Under the pieces are notes generated by a model. That model was not told where the DNA came from. It saw nothing but the letters and a program-made list of their open reading frames with translations, and did no database searches. Positions 42,001 through 56,003 of a stretch of DNA of 64,000 bases are shown here, piece by piece. The stretch covers positions 142,049,741 to 142,113,740 of the forward strand of contig CM041465.1 in assembly GCA_023213395.1 (NCBI GenBank), written 5' to 3'. Both the position numbers and the translations under genes were made by a program. The stretch comes from Cycas panzhihuaensis (Eukaryota > Plantae > Cycadophyta). The first letter of the stretch is position 1, and every line of letters starts with the position of its first letter.

Positions 42001-45000
42001 TTAGTTATAAAATGGCTCCAAAATAAAGGAAATGAACCATAAAATATAGCATACAAAGTATAAACTTAACATGTAACCTCAAAGTCTATTTGAATAACCC
42101 ATAAAATATAATGTACAATATGTAAATTCAACATGCAAGTAAGAACTCAGTTCATACAACTCATTAAGAAGTTAGATTAAGAGCATAGAAAGATTTTAAA
42201 ATTAATACAATAGCATGCAACCATAAAATTATTGAATTGATTCTATTTCTTATGAAATAAAAGAGAAAACAAGAGACATACAAGGTTTATTCTCTTTAGT
42301 CTTTTGTAATTGTATACCTTTCACAAGAATAAAGAAAGAAAAACATGTGAAGAAACAAGGAAAGTACATCACATAATCATAAGAATCCTCTATTCATGCA
42401 ACCATATATGTGCCTTAGGATAGCAATCTTCCCCCTTATTGATTAATCCTTTACCAATTTTTTTCTTTAAAACAAGTACCAAAGAGGAAAATACTGAGAA
42501 GAAATAAGAAAGCTTTCAGCAAAATAAGAATGATGAGACAAACTTCATCTTGGAAAGAACTATGACTACTATGGAGAATAAGAGAGGAAAAGCTATAAAC
42601 TTTGGCGAAGAGGAAGAGCCCTCTTTTTTATAGTTGACCTCTATGGATCCCATAAAGGGATAACCTTTCAACCCAGATCTCTCCAAGAAAAAGAAACCAC
42701 TAAATCAAGATTTAAAAAAGAACCAAAGCCAGGAGGAAGAAGATGGCATAAACTAGGTACAATATGAGAAAAAACACTTTCGAAAAAACAAGAGAGAGTG
42801 ACAGAAAGCCATTACTAAACTTGTGATGAGAGAGTTAGAGCTCATATTGAAAACTTGCAGAAGAGAAACATTTCAGCAAGCAATAAAAAATAGAGTTACA
42901 ATAGTACTAACAATATCTTCAAGCCTCTTTTCTCTTGATTGCTTTCTTTTTTTACTTTCTTCTTGGCAAAAGATATCACAATTCTCTTTTCTATTTAATT
43001 TAGGTGTCTCTCAGTAAAGGAGAAGGCAATAATACAAAGTTTGAGCGATGGCATGTGACAACAGAGAAAAAATTATGCATTTAACCTAAAAACATTTGTA
43101 TGCATAATAGTAAAAGAAAATAATTTTATACATAAAATGTGATCATTTGCATGTTATATAGAATGAAAAGCATGACTTTATACATAAAATGTGATTGATC
43201 ACATTTTTGGCAATATTAAAAATGTGATGACAGAAATTTAAAAATTTACTAAATAAACTTAAAAAAACTTAAAGCATTGCCAAAAACTAAAGTAAAATTA
43301 CTTCATAGAAAATAAAGTAGCCTATAAAAAGTGATAAGAACAAGCCCAAAAAATGTCAAAGATTGATAATCAAAGTATAAAATCAAGAGAAAAAGATGGG
43401 AATAAAGAGTGTTTTAAAAGGAAAAAATGAATCAGAACATATTAGGGAAGAGGTTTTAATGTTATAGTTTCATTTATCTGCACATAAAAGACATAATAAT
43501 ACATTCATCATCATCCAAACATCAATCATCATCAATTCAAGCATTTTATTTCACCAAAATTAGATAAAATTCCACAAAAACATAGCATGATATCTTAAAT
43601 AACCAAATACCACCTTATCAAATTAAACAAACATACCCATGATCATGTAAAATAATGAATAAGATAAATGGAAATTAAACAAGGGCTAGATTTTGGTGAA
43701 ACACCTCTCCTAAGTTTCATGGTGCTATGAAAACATAGGAAAAAATGCTAGTACCAAGGGGCCAAGACTAGATTATTCCTTCAGGGGTGCCAAGTTTTAA
43801 AGTAAAGCTATCCTCTCCTCAAGTGAGTATAAACTTGGAAGAGGAGCACAAAGTAAAACTCAAATAATATTAAAAATAAATAAACAAATAACTAAAAAGA
43901 AATAAGCAATCACTAATAAAATAAAAAGAAATAAACACACATTAATCAAAAGAAAAGAGATTTTTCTTACATTTATAATTAACTATGAACTAATGTTGAA
44001 AGCAATGATATTTTCTCTTTCAAAACTAAAATATATATAAGCAATCAAGTAAGCAAACAAAAGAAAATCACCAAAATAGATAAGAAACCTAATGACCTCT
44101 CACAAACAAATGGTGGAGATAAACCCTATAAAGACTCAAGAATAGTAACTTGAATGAGTTGTGCCCTATAGAGTTGAGGAAGTCCCTTCAATTTTATTAC
44201 CCAGGAAGGGTGATTTTACCATTAAGATAGCTAAAATAATAATAATAATGCAATAAAAAAGTAATATAGGTAGGAAAGAGAATCAAGTAGAGAACAGAAA
44301 GCTAGACATTATATTTATCAATTGATTTTTTGGTCACTTTAAAGCATTAAATGCTCCTTTTTCATGCTAAAATGCATTTGTAGGAAAATAAGAGGAGAAA
44401 TAGTCTTTTTAACAAAGAGAGATTAGTAGAAGACCTCTTAGTTGGTAGAAAATAAAGAAAGAAAAAAAATAATGCAATTAGAGCTAAAACTCAACTAAAA
44501 ATCACAAAAAAATAACTAGTATAAGCCTTGCATTTGTGATAACTTTTGTAAAAAATAGAGCTATAATGAGATAAATGTCACTATAAATAGGTTAGTTGAT
44601 AAAAGACGTGATATAGTGATGTAAAGTTATCAAACATATAAAAGAACTAAATTAAGAGATCAAGTAATAAACTTCGAAAACTATAGAAACTCTAATAGCA
44701 TAATGGACACACCTATGGAAATTACCATGAAGAAGAAAGAGAAAATTGTTCCAAAGGTTGCCACAAGATAGTTAGTGAATGAAAACCAAATACCAACAAT
44801 GAGCCAACCTAAACTTTCACTTGTTAAATTAAAATTTAATTGAAAAATCTAAAATCTATGATAACTTATAGAAAATTTGGTAGCAAAACATCTATCCTAA
44901 TACAAATCCCATATAAGATATGAGCAAGAGATGTTAGAAATACAACCAAATAAAGGTTAGATAATTCTTATAAATTTAAGAATGAAAATAAGCATAAACA

Positions 45001-45836
45001 TCAGTTAGAATACAATAACAAAAAGAAATTATACCTACTATTGATTGCTATCTCAGTCCCATGAGATGAATTTGCTCTTATATTTTTCAATAATTGCTCA
45101 AAAGAATGGGAAATAATTGAATGACAAGAAGAATATAAATAGAATGAATTTTCCTAGTGTGGAAGAGTTCAATATAATACCCTATTCAAAGGGAGGTATA
45201 AAACCATAGAAAATAGCCTAAAAGCACTTAAAAGAGCACAAATCTAATGGTTGCTTACTGAATCTCTCCAAACATTCTTATGTAAAAATAGTGTTAAACA
45301 GACTCCAAATCTAATTGGATGTCCTACATGTGCTCTAAAAATCATTAACCCTTATTTTAGTTGATCAAATCTATTTATAGACTAAATTGGGCCCATGATT
45401 TTATAAAATTTAGGGTTTCCAAGGTTTTGGTCCATTGTTTTGGCTTAAAAACCATCTTAACAGGTTCAAAATCATAAAAAAAATCTCAAAAAATTAAATT
45501 TTCCTATGAATTTTATTTGCCACAGTGCTCGTTAATGTACCATAGTAAATTAGAGTGGCACCACAATGTATCAAAAAGGGAACTATGCTAAGTGTATTTG
45601 TAGTGCTTTAATAAATGCTACTATTTTATTAGAACATTATAGCATGACATCATGATAAATTTGATTTCTTGTGTTGTCATAGAAAGGACTATGATGTTAG
45701 AGTAAAAACCACTGTGAAGTAATTTTTGATAGAAGAAATGTGAAAATAACAAAAGCAAAAGAGGAAGTGGCCTATTAGAGGTGGTCCTAGCCTTGTAAGG
45801 GAACTACACAAGAGGGGATACCTGGTGGGTTTTAAA

Positions 45837-45902
45837 AGGATGACTAAGTAAGGTGTATCATTGGAAACTAGGATGACTAAGTAAGGTGTATTGTTGGAAA
45901 CT
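45837..45902. repeat. 33-bp tandem duplication
   Basis: AGGATGACTAAGTAAGGTGTATCATTGGAAACT x2 (2 mismatches). Confidence 0.9.
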
Positions 45903-48536
45903 AGAGGTATATTTAATCAATACGTATTTCAAATTTGGCATCATTAGCAATTTTGAGTAGCACAAAAGACATACATTTTATGCGTAACCAAATTATAAAT
46001 TACTTCATAGTATCAGTCAAATTAGAGAGTAGGAGATCATACTTGACCACATCAAGGTGGCCTAGAAGTCGTTAAACAGATGCAACATGGGTATAGTGAT
46101 GATATTTTGACAAGTGAAAGGATGAAAGTCAAAGGCAAACAAAGAAAAGAAACACCCCCATAATCTTATTAAGACTTTATTTTTAAACAATGAATAATAG
46201 GAGGGAAACATTAATACTAAGAATCAACATTATCTTTATCACAACATTTTATTTTAATCCTTTTAAAGAAATTAAAGTCAAATCCTATCCAAGGAGGTGA
46301 GCAACATCTTGAAGAAGAACAAGAATCTAAAGTAAAAGAAGTGAAGCACGTATAATGATAAGGCATTGAAGAGCAAGATTCCATCTTGATGTAATATAAG
46401 GGTGAATCAATGATAATATTAGAGTAGCTTATCAACTCAAATGAGATAATTATTGTAAATTTAAATCATGTTATAGATTCTTCTATTGTTTTTGGCAGTC
46501 TTATGAGTGCATTGCATATGAAAGATTGGGTGACTAGATCTTCATGACCAATGGGCTCTTCAACGTCTTGTATTGCATTTGAATTTATAATTTAATGATA
46601 TCTATTTTTACCTTAAAAGTTTTATACTTCATCTTGAATTTTCCTTCCACATGGCCGTAGAAAATCCTATATTCCTACTTACCGAGAACTAATAGTGGAT
46701 TTAAAGTGCATCCTCTTCAATTCCCAACTTTTTATAAGTGAAACCATGATCCCTCTTGAAATTGGACAATCTTCATCTTTTTCATACCATCACTTGTCCT
46801 TTAAAATCACCAAGCAAGGATGCACATCTCTTGTCTTCATAATATTCATTTCTTTCCTATTAAAAGCCCACTTTCTAATCTACTTAGCATGCTTTATTCT
46901 TCTTATGTTTTATTACTCTCATCTTCATTTTCTCTATCTAGTAACTTATCTGACAAGACAGTATTTCTATCCCTACGCCTTGTCAACCATCTTCCTCAAT
47001 TCATTGCTTATTATATCCCATATTTTTACATTCCTATTTCATATGCTTCTATCAAAACTATCTACTCCTAAACAATACTTATCTCTCACCCCTTATGCCC
47101 CCTTTATTAGTGATCTATAGAAGTTATTCCGTAATCACACTCATAGACCACAATTGTCTTACCCTTTCTTACTTGTATTTCAATATTCATCACTCATACA
47201 TTGCTCTCATTTGGCCATATTTAACTCACTTATACATGTAGAGCAATCTTTTTCCCTCGTCTCATCTTGCATTCCTTATTTTTGCATTAGACTTCCATAT
47301 ATATCGCTCCCTAGCTTTGTTCCAAACCTAAATTATCTTTAACATTTATCCCTTTACTTTGTAGATATCTCTTTGCTGTATCCATCTCTATAGAATACCC
47401 ATCTTACCATCTATCCATCATTCTGTATCTCTTTAGTATCAACACCTCGTATGTATCTTTCTCCAATCTTATCGATACCCTACATCATTCATATCACCTA
47501 TTGTCCACACTTCAACTTTCATTCTTGACACATCCGTGTCATACACTTTTATATCTTAATCTTGCTCATCTACATTATTTCTCATTAACTTCATCCCACT
47601 CTCCATTTTTTGTATATCTCTCTGACATAATTGTCATTTGTATTAAATATTTGTAACATATCTTAAACCTTATTCCTTAGCGTTGTCGTACTGACATTCT
47701 ATGTATGTTACTACCTCTCGATCTCCTCCATAAGCCACCCTCTACTCCATACCGTTTATTACCCATTTACCATTATATAATTACTTTAGTCACATTCCAC
47801 TTCAAGCATAGCCTTTCAGTCCTTATTTTTACCCTAATCCCCAATACTTATTACCTCCTAATCTCTTTTAGAACTACATTCTTATCTATTATCATATCAT
47901 GTCATTATAAACCCTCGCACTTTATCTCTATTTTTGACATACCCCTCGTGTGTGTCCCCATTTAAGCTTATTTTCCTATGATGCTGACAAACTTGATTCC
48001 TGTTTATTGTGCACTCCTCCTATATGTCTCCATTCATTGCCATGCGACTTCAACTATATTCTCTATTCCTTATGACCTTTTTAGCGCAACCTATGCCCCC
48101 ATCTCCAAGATAATTCTTATCTTCAAGAGCAAAACTCTATGGGCATGATATAGAAGCAAGTTCTAAGATCTGAGATAGTGCTAATCCCCAAAACATAGGT
48201 CCCACGATATACTGCATGGAAAATGCTCTGCAAGAGCTATAAAGGAAATGGTGTCATCACAAACAAGAAGATGGCACATACGTATAGTACCTAGAAGACA
48301 TCATAGAGATGGCACTAGCTCCATCGACGTATTGACTATAGCAAGTGGTAGATTGGAAAGGTGTGCATCATCTCTCCCACATTTTGTGTGCAAAGTATTC
48401 ATAAAGGGGAGGAATGTTGTGGATCCAAATGGCAACATAAAACAAGATCATGAAAGAGACCTTGAGAAGTCACAAAATTCAAGAAATGATAGAAGGAGCT
48501 AGCGGGATGACGAAGTGTCTTTAAGGAGGAAAGAAT

Positions 48537-48766
48537 TGTAACGATCCCAAGACAATTTGAGAGAAGATGGCTACTACTACGTGAAGTATATTTTAATAAT
48601 ATTTTATTATTATGAGAAGCTAGTGTTAGTGCTATAAATGGAGATATACAAAGAGATGTGTAGAGATTTAATTTGTGTTAATTGCATTGGATAGGAGGGT
48701 GCATTTCTTTGTGAACAGAGGAGTCGTCCAAGTGAGAAGTAAAATGGAGTTGAGGGGTTGTAAACA
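48537..48766 (+). mobile_element. Putative 3' LTR of a gypsy (chromovirus-like) element
   Basis: PPT AAGGAGGAAAGAA, then TGTAACGATCCC...GGGGTTGTAAACA with imperfect terminal inverted repeats; no partner LTR found. Confidence 0.5.
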
Positions 48767-48812
48767 ATATTGGCTAAAATCAACGAAGGGTTGAAAACCT
48801 AATCTTGTGAGG

Positions 48813-48886
48813 CGCTAGAAAGAGGGCTTGAACCTCCGACCTTGTAGTTAACAGCCACACGCTCTAACCAACTGAGCTATTCCAGC
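48813..48886 (-). tRNA. tRNA-Asn: tRNA-Asn (GTT), nuclear type; two C>T changes giving G-U pairs
   Basis: GCTGGAATAGCTCAGTTGGTTAGAGCGTGTGGCTGTTAACTACAAGGTCGGAGGTTCAAGCCCTCTTTCTAGCG; intact cloverleaf and A/B boxes; T4 run downstream. Confidence 0.93.
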
Positions 48887-49266
48887 TATTCGGGGACGTG
48901 ATTTCAGGTACCGTCTTCAAAGCCATACGGATATTGTTTTCAAATGAACTCAGAATCAGATCACGTATCTTTTGGTAATTAGAAGCATATGCAATAATTT
49001 TGTGGAGTGAAGTGGTAATATTGAAGTAAAAGGTGAGAATACCAAGTTTGGGGCATTTTATTGATGGGACAAGTTACCATAAAATATTTGTCTTACCATA
49101 ATATTAATGTCGTGTCGTGTTGATATCTGTAACACAAGTCACGCAGCTGTTATCTGGTTACCCTCAAACAAGCCATGCCATGCAATTCAGTGTGTACCAT
49201 CAGTGCAGGCCTTCCTGGCGAACGAATGGCTGGTAAATGGCTACTCGCTCAGATTATGTTCCCATT

Positions 49267-49340
49267 GGTTCCATGGTCTAGTGGTGAGGACATTAGACTC
49301 TGAATCCAGTAACCCCAGAGTTCAAATCTCGGTGAAACCT
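49267..49340 (+). tRNA. tRNA-Gln: tRNA-Gln (CTG), probably pseudogenised
   Basis: GGTTCCATGGTCTAGTGGTGAGGACATTAGACTCTGAATCCAGTAACCCCAGAGTTCAAATCTCGGTGAAACCT; G>A mismatches in the acceptor and anticodon stems, 2-nt insertion in the T-arm, T4 downstream. Confidence 0.88.
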
Positions 49341-50613
49341 TGGTTTTATTATAGCCGACTTCAAATTCTGTGAAGAAGGCTTCCAGTGTCATGTATCTGT
49401 CTTTTGTCAACAGAAGAAAATGGGTATTCAGATTGCTGGAAGTTGGTGATGGCCATCCTTAAACTTCAACAATCAAGAAACATGCATTCCTCGTAATTTT
49501 ACCTCGCATATATGCATATTTCTTTCCTTTGTTGTATGCGTCAAGCTAATTAACTTAATTACCTGATTTCAAGCCTAAGGGCTCCTTTTGTTGTAAATCT
49601 GCCATCGATAAACATCCAGAGATATCCGTAGGCCAAATTAGCTGGCTCAAACCTAGACACATCACTGCCATGAGAAACTAAACAATAAGTTACATGAAAA
49701 TAATATAATAGAAAACAACAAAGTAAATGCTTGTACTATGGCTCAACCAAAAGATCCATAAGTCAATAATAGATATACTTTGCCACACAAAAGACAAAGT
49801 TCATTACTCTTAGGGCATTTAACAAAAACAAGGGAAGGCCACACAAGTCCTAAGGAAGCACTAACATGAAAAGGAGTTGATGCAATACACCCTGGAGAAC
49901 TTTATTAGCAACAATAAATAGAATAAAAAATCTAGAGATCTTAAAAATCATACATCATATTGTACTAGAGTAGCGGTTCTTATAAATTTAAGAAGTACTC
50001 ATAACATTATAGGATGAATTAGAATTCCCTCTCCTTTTCCTATGAGGCATAAACATAGTTTTAAGAGCACAGTGGTTGCAAACCCTTGACATATATAGCA
50101 ACAACAATATTGAAAATTTATTAGATTCAACTAGAATGGAGCTTGATATACTCTACAAGGTATTCGACAAATCAATAAGAAAAAGATATGTCGGCTCTAT
50201 TACATGTTTATAGTTTCCAGAAGAAATATAGAAAGAAGGCGCCCCAAACTCAAAAAAAAAATGGGTAGCTCATTACAACACTATAGATCCCTATAAATGA
50301 ACGCCAATCCTACCGAGGGACACACAAGAACATTCCATCACTTAATCGACCCACTTTGTACGAGCTCCATAACAAAAATTATTTTTGTCTCAATAAAAGC
50401 AACACCTAATGGATAAAACCATTATCAACATGATATTTGATAATCGCCCCCAATATTCACTTAGAGAAATATCAAAATCTAAAATAAGTTATCTGAACAA
50501 TAATCATAGAAAGGAGAACATGTCACCCAGAAACAACCAAGATCTAAAAATAATGATCTTAAGAAGCGGGGGTACTTATGGCCCTAGTACAAAGCTTTGA
50601 GGGTGAAGCTTTT

Positions 50614-51320
50614 AAAGAAGGGAGGGCATGTTATGCCCTACCTCGACGTCAACCACAAACCATAATTACATGTGTATTTGCAATATGGCATAGGGATTAA
50701 CATGGTATGTTATTATCTTCCCTTGGCATTGGTTCTTCATTGAATAGCTCTACCTTGAGATAGGTCCCTAAGGCATCCAATAGTGCCAACAACACTACAT
50801 CATATTATTTGGTAAAACATAGGGAAAATGGAGCTATTGTTAAGCTATGCTTATTTGTTTGTTTTTCACCATTGATGACAACTCTATGCACCAAGTTTGA
50901 CTAAGGAATTGGAAGATATAGATGTGTGATAGAACTATATACTATATTACCTAAGTGTGATAAGGCACTCTACTTTTATGTGGGCTTATTGGTTAAGAAT
51001 GAGGGCATGCTTCCATGGAGGACTATAAAACCCTTGTTTTTAATTTCACATATTGAATCCTATAAAGACCCAATGGACTAGAGGTGCCCAAGAATCATAA
51101 TATCATACCTCACTAGGTGATAATCAAATATTCATGAGATTACGCTACATCCTAATCCTCACTCACATTGTACACAGGGATTATATCTTGGACATATGTC
51201 TTAAATTACCAGAATTAATGAATTGGATATCCTATATATTAAAACCTATTTTGTATGTTGCAACAAATAATTATTTCGAAATCTCAACATATATATTCTC
51301 TATTACATCTAAAATGTGAC
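50614..51320 (+). mobile_element. PPT and start of a gypsy-like 3' LTR (right boundary uncertain)
   Basis: AAAGAAGGGAGGGCA followed by TGTTATGCCCTACC at 50629. Confidence 0.4.
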
Positions 51321-51329
51321 GACGTTACT

Positions 51330-54300
51330 CAGGTGGTCATTGTTGCCATTGTTGTTATCTCTATTATTGGGGTTAATGCTATTGTTGTGAATGTTATTGA
51401 TGCTACCATTCTCAAGAGTCCTTTTTGATGTGGCTAAATTTTTTACAATAATAATACTTTGGCTTATATTATCCATTTGAAGCTCTTCGTTTATCCTTTT
51501 GAACTACAACTTTAGAAGGCACGCTTTTCTTTGGAACAAAGCCCTTCCTCCCTTTCGATCTGGATGACAATGCTCTAAATGATTCACCATAAATATATTT
51601 CAATTTTTGTTCATGTTTCATAAGTAGTGATTCCAAAGAACTAATTATTAGAGTGGATAATTTATCAGCCAAAGTTAATGTGGTTGTAAAATTTTCATAC
51701 TGAAATGGTAAACTTCGTAGTATACAGGTGATGATATTTGAATCAAGAATTATCTTGCCTATAGTCACCAATTGATCTTGAATTGATCTCACATGTTGTA
51801 TGTGCTCCATCACATTCTTAATCATTTTTAAGTTGTATAGTTAATTGTATAGGTTGAGGGCTCTCGTATCATCCTTATGCTCAAACAGGTTCATAATCGT
51901 GTCCCATATTAACATCAGTGCAATAGCTCCCTTGATTTGTAAGATGATGTTGTTACTGATTGATGTGCTAAGAAAACCAAATGTGATATGCATCTTCGAT
52001 TGGTATTCAACATTAAAAGTAGCATAAATAGTCAATTTAGTTTTAAATGTAGTAATCTCTTTAGCATCTTTACCCTTAACTAAATCATCTACATACTTCC
52101 ATAGATTATTCACATAAAAAATTTGAATATATGATGCTTCAAAATAGTGTAATTCTCAAGACTTATGAGTTTTTTAATAATTATTCCCACTATACCACCT
52201 CCATTAGATATTCTAAGTAGAAAACAAAAAAAAAAAAAAACTAGAAACTAGATAAACAAGCATAGAGATAAAGAAAGAAAGTTGTAGAAGTCTTCGATCT
52301 ATATCAAATAGTTGTTATAAGTGGATTTATTACCTCGATCTACTTATAGGTAGTCAAAATATCACAAAAAATATAAAATTTTACTTTTTAACTAGAAATT
52401 TATACGAAAATGCTATATGTGACCATTGTCAAATCATAGATTTCAAAAAATTAAGCATCACGGTATATTTATTTTCTCAAAATAGACATTTGAGAGTCCA
52501 GAAATAGCCCTAGTGCCTAAATGACCATGTTACTAGGGGCTAGCAGACAAGAGGCTCAGTCACAGAATTCAAAATTAAACCCAATACACTTTAATTTCAT
52601 ATAAGCATTAAAAATAAATAAAATATATTAAAGCCAATATTCATATAGAATATTCCTTGTAAAATATTCTCAAAGGAGGCATGGGCGAGAGATGAACCCC
52701 TAAAAAAAAATGATTTTTCATTGAAATGGAGTTGTTTCATCTAAAAACATTATTATCAGTACATTATTAAATTGCCAAGGGTCAATTTGATAAGTTATTG
52801 TTAGTATTTTTATGGGAAACTTCATTATTAAGCATGCAAAAAATGATTGTCTTCCTCATTTGACCTATGTTCAGCTTCTATTTCAAAACCTTTTGTAGTA
52901 TGCAATGTAGGGTTTCCTTCTTTACACTTTGTTATTATACTAAGGTATCTAGTTTTGTGTATGTGGCACTCAAATTGGCATATTACTCACTAATTATGGC
53001 AGACATCTATGCATTGGCTTCTTTCAGCCTTCAAATGGTCATCTCACTATAAATATATAATTAGCATTTTACTTAGTGCTATTTGAATATTTGCTTATCC
53101 ACTATTTTCCCTATGGCACCCTTTGCATGATGTCTCTCTTTAATGGGTATTCTCCTTCCCTTGACATTTAATCCATTATGATGGCATTAATAGCATCCTT
53201 CATTTTCCTATTCAAGCTTCTATCTATAGGTCAATGGGCATTATTGTTATTATTTAATGGTGGGGTATTAATCATAAGCAAAGACATTACATTTTTCTTT
53301 TTTTTTTTTAATCAATCAAAATTTGTCATAGGTTGCTCTTTAGTTTATAAGTCACAAGTTCTATCATGCAAGTTGCTATGAAAAGTTGCATAATAGATAG
53401 GTTGGTAAAACATTATTTGACTATAACCTATAGTCATAAATCTTAGAGCATGTAATTTAGAATATTCTACTTTTAATAAAAGCCACCCCTAAAGGTTAAA
53501 ACAACCTTTTAATATGTGTTTCATCATTTTCTTTTCAATGGAGTGTAGTAGCCCATCTTCAAAGGTTTATAAAATTGATTTTTAATACCTTCTTTTATCA
53601 TTTTCATCATTGTTTTTCCACTTGAAATAGTGGATTTATTATTATGTTAGCATAGCCCTTTAATAAAGTCTATCACAATATCTTCATTGGCCATCTATAT
53701 TATTTCCAATTCAATTTATTTTTTAGTGATTTCAATTAGAGGATCCTTCAACAACAATCTATAACAAGTTAGTAGAGTTTGTCAACAAGAGGTATACTTA
53801 TAACCTGAGAATCCTTCAATAGCAATTGAATGGAGATCCATTCCTAAGAGATCACAATGGACCAATAGCTTAATAGAGTCTTGCTACCTACATGCATGTC
53901 TATCTGTCTATATGCATGTATGTCGTCTTTAGCCAGTCAAAAAATGTTCATTAAATGAGTTCTAATAGAGTGTACAAGTTTACATGCAAGTGTTAAACTA
54001 CCTGTAAATTAAATCTCTACAACATACATCTTAAATATATTTAAAAAGAAGAATATCTCACCTAATAAATAACATTTAATTGTATGTAACAAATATGAAT
54101 CTTATCAACACACCAGAACCAATACAATAATCAATAATTACAATTCATATTGCACTACAACCTGACTCTAATACCGCACGTTGCAATAAGGCATGCAATA
54201 GAGATCAAGATTGGATAGATTAATCTATCAAACATTAGTAAGTTGATTTCAAAGCATTTGATAAATCTCATTCTAATGAATCTCTCTCATTACAATACTA

Positions 54301-54474
54301 TTTCACTAATCATTATTCTTCTCTTACACTTCTACAAATCCACTATATGTATTTAAATACAATATTAGATATAATATTAATCCTACCTAAAATGACACAT
54401 ATGAGGTGAGATTCATAACCCCCATTGACTCATCACTCACATAACATTAAGAAATCTTAAATTTAATATAATAT
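51330..54474 (-). mobile_element. Truncated copia H: gag fragment, ~2 kb leader, PBS and 5' LTR (interrupted by element I)
   Basis: ORFs 51841-52113 and 51469-51825 are copia Gag-like (ILRSLPFQYENFTTTL); decayed zinc knuckle ~51420-51460; reverse PBS ACTCTAATACCG 54165-54176. Confidence 0.7.
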
Positions 54475-54836
54475 TATTGGGATAACCCCTAATGTTCCTT
54501 AGAAGATGTGCACCTAGGGCCCCTCAAAGCCACCTTTAGGGCTCCTTAGGGCATCTAGAGATGCACACCAAGCCACCTAGAGCCTCCAAATACTGATCCA
54601 CTACTCTTAAGGTATGTGTTTATATTTTTAATTATATTTTTTAATATTATTTTGAATATTATTGAATAACGTGCAGATCAAGTTGAGGCGCTTGTCGCCT
54701 CCCCAAATTTTCCTATAAATGGGGTGGGAATACCTCCCTAGTATTTTTTAACACTGCTAATGATTTGAAGGAATTTATAAACTCAAGCATGTTGAGCTCA
54801 CCGCTGTAGTCCCACTCTACACCTCTGCATCCTTCA
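54475..54836 (+). repeat. 5' LTR of copia I
   Basis: Reverse-complement homologous to 59248-59592; TATAAAT at ~54714; ends in CA before the PBS. Confidence 0.88.
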
Positions 54837-56003
54837 TTTGGTATTAGAGCTAAAGGGTTGGTCGCTGATCTAACTCTTCATCACTTAACAAAAGTCCAAC
54901 ATATGATTGCTTGTTGGATTCCTGGCAAGCCCATCTATCTACTGGAGAAATCGGTTCAAAGTTTCACATTCTATAAAAGGAGGTTTCACTCTTTGAAGTC
55001 AATCTTCTACAAACTGATCACAGCCACATTACAAGGTTCTTCATGTTTTTATTTCAAATACAAATATATATCTATCTTTAATATACTTTCTCTGTTATAT
55101 TTGAAAATTTTAGTTTTATTTGTGGTGGTATATCTATCTTTGATATACTTTCTCCATTTGCGTGACTATATTCTTCTGTGATATACCTATTGTGAGAAGA
55201 AAGCTTGATTTGAGATAGACATTTACTAAGTTCTTTACGTATTAGTGAGCTCGTCACTCTGAATAAATATATAATTTTTGAAATATCTCTTGGTTATAAT
55301 TCTTCATATGATATACTACCTCGTCCCTATATAGAGCTTGTTTTTTGGTTAAAAAATAGTGATTTTCTTAATTTTCTTTACGTATTAGTGAGCTCGCCTC
55401 TCTAAATTCCCTCTCCATGTTCTATCTACAATCCTTTTCTTGATATTCCTTATAATTTAAGAAGGTTCCAGAGCTTTTGCATACTCTCCTATCTTTGCCT
55501 TGGCCCATTTTGCTATCCACAAGACATAGTTGTCAGCCCATAAAGTCTTTATGATATTTGTGCTTGCATTGAAAGTTGCATCCTTTATTTACGCCTATCT
55601 ATCATTTCTGTTTTGCATTTTTTAATGTTCTTACATTGCATCAACATTCATCTCCTACTGTATCTCCCTCCAAAGTATGTACTTGTAGATCTATTACCGT
55701 TAAGTTTTTCATTTCTTAACCTGAAATAATATTCCTATCACGTGAGTTCCTCTCAGATCCTTAACGCATTAGCCTGCAGACACACCAAATAGATATCCTG
55801 TTTTCTCTAGAACTCTAGTTTGATAAGTTCCACCTCATCCCGTCAATCCTCAAAGCTGCACCTAGCTTCATAATCCCCATATGCTCGACTTTGCCTTAAA
55901 CATTGCCTGGAACGCGACGCCTTACCATCTAGTCATTATGTTCTGTTCCATTCAACCGCCATCATCTCCTCCTCTAGACTATGGTTACATCGTCAACGAC
56001 AAC

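Noticed and set aside
45787-45804. CTAGCCTTGTAAGGGAAC, similar to the start of the conserved leader block
   Set aside because: Only ~18 nt with no downstream homology; compatible with chance
46695-47965. Hydrophobic ORFs resembling membrane proteins
   Set aside because: Artefact of the C/T-rich strand; no recognisable domain
49107-49373. 88-aa ORF
   Set aside because: Runs through the tRNA-Gln gene; a chance frame in a GC-richer island
49680-50600. Possible LINE fragment
   Set aside because: No endonuclease, RT or RNase H motif could be recovered in either orientation
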